Source of the DNA: an uncultured Bacilli bacterium
Lineage (GTDB): Bacteria; Bacillota_I; Bacilli_A; RF39; UBA660
Reading direction: 5' to 3'
Length of the DNA: 64,000 nt
NCBI GenBank assembly: GCA_934155645.1
Contig: CAKPHC010000001.1
Location: forward strand, 31,015-95,014
In this document: in pieces, positions 58,046 to 64,000 of the stretch
Layout of the letters: the number at the start of each line of letters is the position of its first letter
How positions within the stretch are numbered: the first letter of the stretch is position 1
The notes under the pieces: model-generated
What the model saw: the letters and a program-made list of their open reading frames with translations, nothing else
What the model was told of the DNA's origin: nothing
Databases searched by the model: none
Made by a program: the position numbers and the translations under genes

Positions 58046-58126
58046 AACATCACTCTTTCTATAAATATATTATGTATTTGATAAATAAAGATTACTAAAA
58101 ATTGCCATAATAATAATGGTGATTAT

Positions 58127-59254
58127 ATGCATAGAAAATATAAATTAGATAAAATTTTAATCTTATGTGTTTCAATATTTTTTATAATTAGTATATTATC
58201 TATATATTCAGCATCTATGTATTTATCCCCTACTTTAGGAAATTTGGCTTTAAAACAGGGATTATGGTATTTAATAGGAGCAATTATAATATTTCTGGTT
58301 ATAAAATTTAAGAATAATCTTTTCTATAAATATAGTTGGTATATATATTTAATTAATGTCATCTTACTAGTAGGACTTCTCTTTCTAGCACCTGATATTA
58401 ATGGAAGTAAATGTTGGTATATCATTAAAGGTATAGGAAGTATTCAACCAAGTGAATTTATGAAGATATCTCTTATTTTAATTCTTGCAAAAGTAATAGA
58501 TAATTTTAAAAAGAAAAAAAGAAAAGCAACCTTAAAAGATGAATTTGTTTTGTTGATTAAAGTATTTTGTATCGTATTAATTCCAAGCATTTTAACTTTT
58601 TTAGAACCAGATACTGGTGCGGTAATTATATACTTAATTATTACTTTAACTATGTTATTTATAAGTGGTATAAGTATTATTTGGTATATAATGTTAGGAA
58701 TAATAGTAGCAATCACTGGAAGCATTTTTCTTTATTTGTATTTTGTTAAACAAGATACATTTATAAGTATCTTCGGTAGTAACTTTTTCTATCGTATGGA
58801 CCGAATCATCAATTGGAAAAGCGGTAGTGGAATGCAGTTAGAAAACTCTTTAGCCGCAATCGGATCAAGTTATATAAAAGGACATGGTTTTAATAAAACT
58901 CCACTATATTTTCCGGAAGCAGGTACAGATTTTATATTCTCGGTATATGCCTCTAACTTCGGTTTAATTGGTTCTGTATTTTTAATAGGAATTATTATGT
59001 TATTTGATTTGCACATCATAAATATTGGTAAAGAAACAGTAAATAGAATTGATAAATATGTAGTATCAGGTATTATAGGTATATTCATATATCAACAAAT
59101 TCAAAATATTGGTATGACTATAGGCATGTTACCAATAACAGGTATTACTCTTCCATTTATAAGTTATGGAGGAAGTAGCTTAATATCATATATGATTATA
59201 ATAGGTCTATTGCTAAATATTTATAATAACAAAGAAAAAAAGATAAGATATTAA
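58127..59254 (+). CDS. FtsW/RodA/SpoVE-family peptidoglycan glycosyltransferase
   Basis: A polytopic protein with SEDS motifs (PDTGA, GMLPITGITLPFISYGGSS). Confidence 0.8.
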   Translation: MHRKYKLDKILILCVSIFFIISILSIYSASMYLSPTLGNLALKQGLWYLIGAIIIFLVIKFKNNLFYKYSWYIYLINVILLVGLLFLAPDINGSKCWYIIKGIGSIQPSEFMKISLILILAKVIDNFKKKKRKATLKDEFVLLIKVFCIVLIPSILTFLEPDTGAVIIYLIITLTMLFISGISIIWYIMLGIIVAITGSIFLYLYFVKQDTFISIFGSNFFYRMDRIINWKSGSGMQLENSLAAIGSSYIKGHGFNKTPLYFPEAGTDFIFSVYASNFGLIGSVFLIGIIMLFDLHIINIGKETVNRIDKYVVSGIIGIFIYQQIQNIGMTIGMLPITGITLPFISYGGSSLISYMIIIGLLLNIYNNKEKKIRY

Positions 59255-59298
59255 AAATTATAAAAAGAATCAAACATAATGTTTGATTCTTTTGCGTT

Positions 59299-60399
59299 TT
59301 ACTTAATATCACTATAATTCATTTCAATTACTGGTCTAACTCCCACTGATGGAGTTCTAGCTCCTGCAAGGTCAAGATAACCATCACTTCTGATATTCAA
59401 ATTTGTTGTACCAGATGTAAATTCAATCCAATATGATGTTGAATATACCCAGCTAGGTGCGTTTAGGCAATAATTATTCGAAGCGTCATTAACACATCCA
59501 AGGTTCTCCAATTCTGATCCGGTTATATATCTTACATTAGTTACGTTTGCACCCAGTCTTCGCAAATATACTCTATACGTATTTAAGTGACTTTGAACAT
59601 CACCATAACCTACTCCACCATATGCAGTTACACCTTCTTTGTATCCTACTACATTTGAGTCTTGCTTACCAGTTCCTTTATATGTAGTATTAACATCTCC
59701 AGTATTTACATCCAAATTATATTTAGCAAGCGCAGCAAAAGAAGTAGTACCATTTACAGAAATTATATAGAAAGCTTCATCGCCTATTTTAAATTCTGAA
59801 CCCACCGTATATTTATCACCAACAAATTGCATAGTTATATCATTACTTGGGTTTATTGTTATATCCTCATCAGTAATAGTTTGTCCTACATCTTGAACAA
59901 AGTTTATAGACAATGTTAATTTATTATCTACATAAACTGGTTGACTAGTTATGCTAGAATCATAGTCAATTGTCACTGCAAAAAAAGTTTCATTATTACT
60001 TTTTAACTTAGTACCTTTTTTAATATTTGCTACACTAAATTTAATAGCATCACTTCCAGTTTCACCTGCAGTAATGTCATTTACTATTGCATCCAGTGTG
60101 CCTTTATTCTTTATATAAATAAAATAAATTATCTCATCACCAGGACTTTCTAAGTCAACATTAAATGTAACTGTTGTACCACTCGCTGTTGGTGCTGAAA
60201 TTTCAGTAACATTACCTGTACTGCTAAACTTTTGAATTTTAGTAAATTCTATATCCCAAGTTGACTCAATACTTGCTGTACCATTAACTGTTAATTGTGT
60301 TGCAAAAGCTGCATACGCTACTGCCATCACACATATTAAACAACACATAGTTGTTATAATTATTTTCTTTGTCTTCATATATTTTTCTTTCATCCTCAT
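59299..60399 (-). CDS. Surface protein with a TasA/camelysin-like N-domain and a DUF6273-like C-terminus (paralog of 37723..39372)
   Basis: MRMKEKYMKTKKIIITTMCCLICVMAVAYAAFATQLTVNGTA. VTFNVDLESPGDEIIYFIYIKNKGTLDA. C-terminal GVRPVIEM. The start was moved downstream of the promoter. RBS GGAGAG. Confidence 0.55.
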   Translation of the reverse strand: MRMKEKYMKTKKIIITTMCCLICVMAVAYAAFATQLTVNGTASIESTWDIEFTKIQKFSSTGNVTEISAPTASGTTVTFNVDLESPGDEIIYFIYIKNKGTLDAIVNDITAGETGSDAIKFSVANIKKGTKLKSNNETFFAVTIDYDSSITSQPVYVDNKLTLSINFVQDVGQTITDEDITINPSNDITMQFVGDKYTVGSEFKIGDEAFYIISVNGTTSFAALAKYNLDVNTGDVNTTYKGTGKQDSNVVGYKEGVTAYGGVGYGDVQSHLNTYRVYLRRLGANVTNVRYITGSELENLGCVNDASNNYCLNAPSWVYSTSYWIEFTSGTTNLNIRSDGYLDLAGARTPSVGVRPVIEMNYSDIK

Positions 60400-60427
60400 C
60401 TCTCCAAACTTTATTTTATCTATAATC

Positions 60428-60458
60428 ATTATACCCCCCCCCCCTAGGGTTTTTGCAA
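60428..60458 (-). promoter_or_regulatory. Promoter with a G11 homopolymer in the -35/-10 spacer (TTGCAA, 19 nt, TATAAT)
   Basis: Eleven C lie at 60434-60444 on the plus strand. The whole region of about 70 nt is conserved with 39405-39470. Confidence 0.6.
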
Positions 60459-60634
60459 GAAGGAAATGTTATCATTTTTTGATTTTTTTATAAAAATAGA
60501 CAATATTTACCACTTCTATACACTAGTATCTACTATCTACTAAATTATAACCCTAAATTGGGTAGAATTTTGTTGGTAAATTTTACCAATTAAAGCAATA
60601 AAAAAAGACAACCTTTTTAATTTGTTGCCTTTCA

Positions 60635-61732
60635 TTATTTATTCATAGCTTCTCTAACTTTTTTTCTATTTATTCGTTGCTTATCTTTGTATTCCTTGTC
60701 TCTTTTTCTACTTTCTTTTCTATCGATAGATGGACTAGCTAAAACTTTTTCATAAACTTCTTTTAATTGTTTACCAATTATTCTTAAGTCCCTTGAACAC
60801 GCTACTTTATAACCTTCTTCAGTTAAATCAGGTAACTTTCCTTCAAGTATATCCACTATCTTTATTTCAAATTCATCTACATCTTTTGCTTTATATACAT
60901 TAACTCCATCTTCTAACCACTCATCAAATACTGGAATATCTCTAATTAATGCTTTTTCTTTACATGCACATGCCTCTAATATTGGAATTCCTTCTGTCTC
61001 CTCTAATGTTGGGAATATATATAAATCTGCTCCATTCATCGCATTAATAATCATCTCTTGCTCAACATATCCTGCAAAAGTCAAGTTAGGAAGTTCAGTT
61101 TTAACTGCTTTTCTTATCTTATCAGGAACAGTATATAAAGGAGTAAAACCAAACCAAATAAACTTATATTGAGGTAGCCTTTTAGCTAATTCTACAAAGT
61201 CTAATATTCCTTTTCTTTCTAAATATAATCCTATTCCCATTACTACTTTATCTTCTTTTTTATATCCATAAGTCTTTCTAAAGATATCACCTAGTTTTTT
61301 ATCTGTTACAAATTTCTCTATTTCAATACCATTAGAAATAGCTGTAATATCTCTATGCATATGATATCCATCCAACAATCTTTTAGAATATGGTGTTGGA
61401 GTTATAATATGATCTCCTAACTTATAACAAGTTACTATCCATTTTTTAAAGATTGGTGCGATTTGATTAGAAAATAGAAAACTATTTCTAAAATCTTCCT
61501 CAGTTGAATGAGCATGGTATACGACCTTCTTTCCATTCTTTTTAGATGCTTGTGCTAAAGCAAAAGACTTAGGTCCATATGTATTAATATGAACTATATC
61601 ATAATCATCATCTGGATCTAAAGTATAGCTAACATTTACATAATCAAGTGCTTTCATTTGATGTTTGATAGCTTTACCTAATCCACTTTTCCCTATATGT
61701 TCAAGTCCTTCTGTATATAATAATACTTTCAT
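60635..61732 (-). CDS. Family 4 glycosyltransferase (GT4)
   Basis: GT-B fold with the EGIPILEA motif (E-x7-E region). Confidence 0.7.
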   Translation of the reverse strand: MKVLLYTEGLEHIGKSGLGKAIKHQMKALDYVNVSYTLDPDDDYDIVHINTYGPKSFALAQASKKNGKKVVYHAHSTEEDFRNSFLFSNQIAPIFKKWIVTCYKLGDHIITPTPYSKRLLDGYHMHRDITAISNGIEIEKFVTDKKLGDIFRKTYGYKKEDKVVMGIGLYLERKGILDFVELAKRLPQYKFIWFGFTPLYTVPDKIRKAVKTELPNLTFAGYVEQEMIINAMNGADLYIFPTLEETEGIPILEACACKEKALIRDIPVFDEWLEDGVNVYKAKDVDEFEIKIVDILEGKLPDLTEEGYKVACSRDLRIIGKQLKEVYEKVLASPSIDRKESRKRDKEYKDKQRINRKKVREAMNK

Positions 61733-61790
61733 TATTCACCTCTTATATTTGTTACTTTAATTATACACAGAAGATTTAAAAAAATCCATA

Positions 61791-62567
61791 CTATTTTAAA
61801 GTAGACCTTAAACTCTCAATAGCATTTTTCTCTATTCTAGAAATTTGAGCTTGGCTTATACCTAATTCACTTGCTATTTCCATTTGTGTTTTACCCATTA
61901 CAAATCTTTGGTCTAAGATAAATTTTTCCCTTTCTGCTAAGTTATCAATCGCATCACTAACAGATAACTTTACATCCAAATCATTATTTTTAATTGTCTT
62001 ATCTTCTATTTGGTCACACAAATAAATTGTATCTCCCCCATCAGAATATATAGGTTCAAAAATGCTTATAGGGTCGCGCATAGAATCTAAAGCATTAATA
62101 ACATCATAATTAGAAACGCCAAGTATTTTAGCAATTTCATCAGTAGTAGGTTCAATACCTTTCTCTAGTATAAATTCATCTTTTACTTTTAAAGTTTTAT
62201 ATGCCAAATCTTTTAAAGACCTGCTAACTCTTATACTGTTATTATCTCTCAAATATCTTCTTACTTCACCTTGAATCATAGGAACACAATAAGTAGAAAA
62301 CTTAACTCCATAAGATAAATCAAAATTATCTATGGCTTTTAAAAGTCCAATACATCCTATTTGGAATAAATCATCCATATTTTCTTCTCTTTTAGAGAAT
62401 TTCTTTAGAATTGATAATACTAGTTTTAAGTTACCATTTACTAGTTCATCTCTAACAGATTCATCTCCAGATTTTAATCTTTGGAATAATTCTTCCATTT
62501 CTTCACTACTTAATACTTTAATATTTGCTGTATTCACGCCACTGATTTCAACTTTGTGACGTGCCAT
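61791..62567 (-). CDS. sigG: Sporulation sigma factor SigG
   Basis: KVEISGVNTANIKVLSSEEMEELF...DLFQIGCIGLLKAIDNFDL...GKTQMEIASELGISQAQISRIEK is near-colinear with B. subtilis SigG. Confidence 0.85.
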   Translation of the reverse strand: MARHKVEISGVNTANIKVLSSEEMEELFQRLKSGDESVRDELVNGNLKLVLSILKKFSKREENMDDLFQIGCIGLLKAIDNFDLSYGVKFSTYCVPMIQGEVRRYLRDNNSIRVSRSLKDLAYKTLKVKDEFILEKGIEPTTDEIAKILGVSNYDVINALDSMRDPISIFEPIYSDGGDTIYLCDQIEDKTIKNNDLDVKLSVSDAIDNLAEREKFILDQRFVMGKTQMEIASELGISQAQISRIEKNAIESLRSTLK

Positions 62568-62671
62568 AATTATTTATCCCTCCCATTTTATAATGAGAGA
62601 TACTAATTTATTTTATACATTAACTTGATTATTAAAAATTAAACTTATATAATAATAAGTCAAGAAAGAAA

Positions 62672-63193
62672 GTGATATCAATGGAAGAAATAATTGAACA
62701 ATCAATAGAATATCTTAAAACTACTGAAGATAAAGACTGGGATATATTTATTAATAAACATGTTTGTATTGTTGATAACGATATCTTAAAAGAATATGTC
62801 CTAGAAGTAAGAAAAGACTTAATAAGTTGCATTAACAGAATGAAATTAACAACATTTCCTTTAGTAAGACTTAAAAAGAATTATTTTAGTATGGATAGAG
62901 TTGAAGCTTTTATATCTTATTTTAACGATGAAAAAGAATGCCTTATAAATTTGAAAAAATTCTTACGTTCTAATTATACCGATTCATCTAATCTTACACC
63001 ATGCCAAATATCTGGTTTATTAGTACATACTTTAGGTAATACTCATACTGATAACGAGAAAAGATTATTACAATCACTAAAAATAGATAATGCTTTAAAT
63101 AGTGGAATTGATGTATATATAGATGAAGAAAAAATAACACCAGTTAATCATCAATTAGTAAAAACAATTAATAGAAGGTTAAAACAAAAGTAA
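62672..63193 (+). CDS. Hypothetical cytoplasmic protein
   Basis: 173-aa ORF, divergent from sigG. Confidence 0.4.
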   Translation: MISMEEIIEQSIEYLKTTEDKDWDIFINKHVCIVDNDILKEYVLEVRKDLISCINRMKLTTFPLVRLKKNYFSMDRVEAFISYFNDEKECLINLKKFLRSNYTDSSNLTPCQISGLLVHTLGNTHTDNEKRLLQSLKIDNALNSGIDVYIDEEKITPVNHQLVKTINRRLKQK

Positions 63194-64000
63194 AAAAATG
63201 ATTGAATATTATATTTCAGCAGTTTGCTCTATGTTATGTTTAACATAACACAATCTCAACATTGATAATTTGCTTTATAGAAAAAATACAAATTAAAAGC
63301 ATCGAAATAAAATTGGTATTTTTAATTTGTAAAAATGTATCTTTCTGAAAAATATTGTTATCATTAATTATTATTTTACTAACTTTTTTTACATCGGCAT
63401 AATTCAAACAAAAATAGTTTCCGTTTTTTAAAACATATTACCAATTTGTCCTTTCTTTCATTTTTAAAATTTCATTTAAGTTAATTATTAATAAGATTTT
63501 TTTATATATAATTAATTTTCATGGAAATTCTTATTGTTTTCTGACAATTATTTGTTTTACTCAGAAAATCAAATAAAATCAATCTTTCATCTATTACAAT
63601 TGTAGATGTTTCACTAAACTTATTATCAATTTTCAAATTTGAATTACCCGAAACCAAAATTATATTTTCATTTTTTAATTTATCCAATGATTAATAATAT
63701 TGTAAGTTTTTTTTATAGGCTCACATATATATTTTAGGGTAGTTTAAATCAGCCAACTGCTTCCATACTGATTCCACGTCTAGTTTATAGAGCCATTTAT
63801 AATACTTTGTAGGTTCATTATATAATCTTTGCACTTTTGAAAAGTAGTATTTCACAGTAATTTCTTCACTTCCCAAATCTTTACTTATTTTATATTTATT
63901 ATTTTGACTATTGCTATTATTAGAAGGAATGTTATACAATTTATCATCTGGTTTCTCAACAAAATTAAATAAATACTTTGAAAAGTTCGTTAAATCATTT

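Noticed and set aside
59299-60429. The ORF-track start MIIDKIKFGEM for the second TasA-like paralog.
   Set aside because: It reads through the TATAAT box and the poly-G tract. The conserved RBS and start (GGAGAG-ATGAGGATGAAAGAA), aligned with the paralog, place the start at about 60399.
63502-63939. Two short minus-strand ORFs (61 and 72 aa) at the window end.
   Set aside because: They have no RBS, low-complexity AT-rich translations and no similarity to anything recognisable. They are probably non-coding intergenic DNA.

Overview
The window is a very AT-rich (roughly 25% GC) chromosomal segment from a spore-forming low-GC Firmicute, probably class Clostridia. Supporting genes are sigG, a tandem pair of CotY/CotZ-family spore-coat genes, an FtsW/SpoVE-family gene, a CwlD-like amidase, and housekeeping genes pyrG, bipA/typA and trmL. 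There are three tRNA genes: tRNA-Gly and tRNA-Cys at 1.5 kb and tRNA-Ala at 44.8 kb.

The dominant feature is a colinear block of about 21 kb (9291-30697), entirely on the minus strand and tightly packed or overlapping. It fuses a Gram-positive conjugation-type type IV secretion system (T4SS) with a complete Tad/Flp-type pilus module.
- The T4SS part has a VirD4-like coupling protein, a VirB4 ATPase split into two ORFs, a VirB6-like channel protein, a VirB3-like protein, two paralogous VirB2-like small membrane proteins, and a SpoIID+CHAP cell-wall hydrolase.
- The Tad part has a CpaF/TadA ATPase, TadB and TadC, CpaB, a CpaE/TadZ-like protein, TadE-like pseudopilins, and a 54-aa pilin gene that the ORF track missed.
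- The block is headed by a 998-aa cysteine-rich secreted protein.
- No relaxase, integrase or transposase is visible anywhere in the window.

A second notable feature is a pair of paralogous surface-protein genes. Each has a TasA/camelysin-like N-terminal domain and a DUF6273-like C-terminus, and each is preceded by a conserved promoter whose -35/-10 spacer contains a G11-G12 homopolymer. This is a classic phase-variation arrangement. One of the two genes is followed by a GC-rich partial duplicate of its own 3' end.

Other content includes an HgdC-type activase module, a GtrA/GtrB-like glycosylation trio, a candidate roughly 210-nt ncRNA with a consensus promoter and terminator, and assorted membrane or secreted hypothetical proteins. 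All protein-family calls are from motif recognition by eye. No database search was possible.
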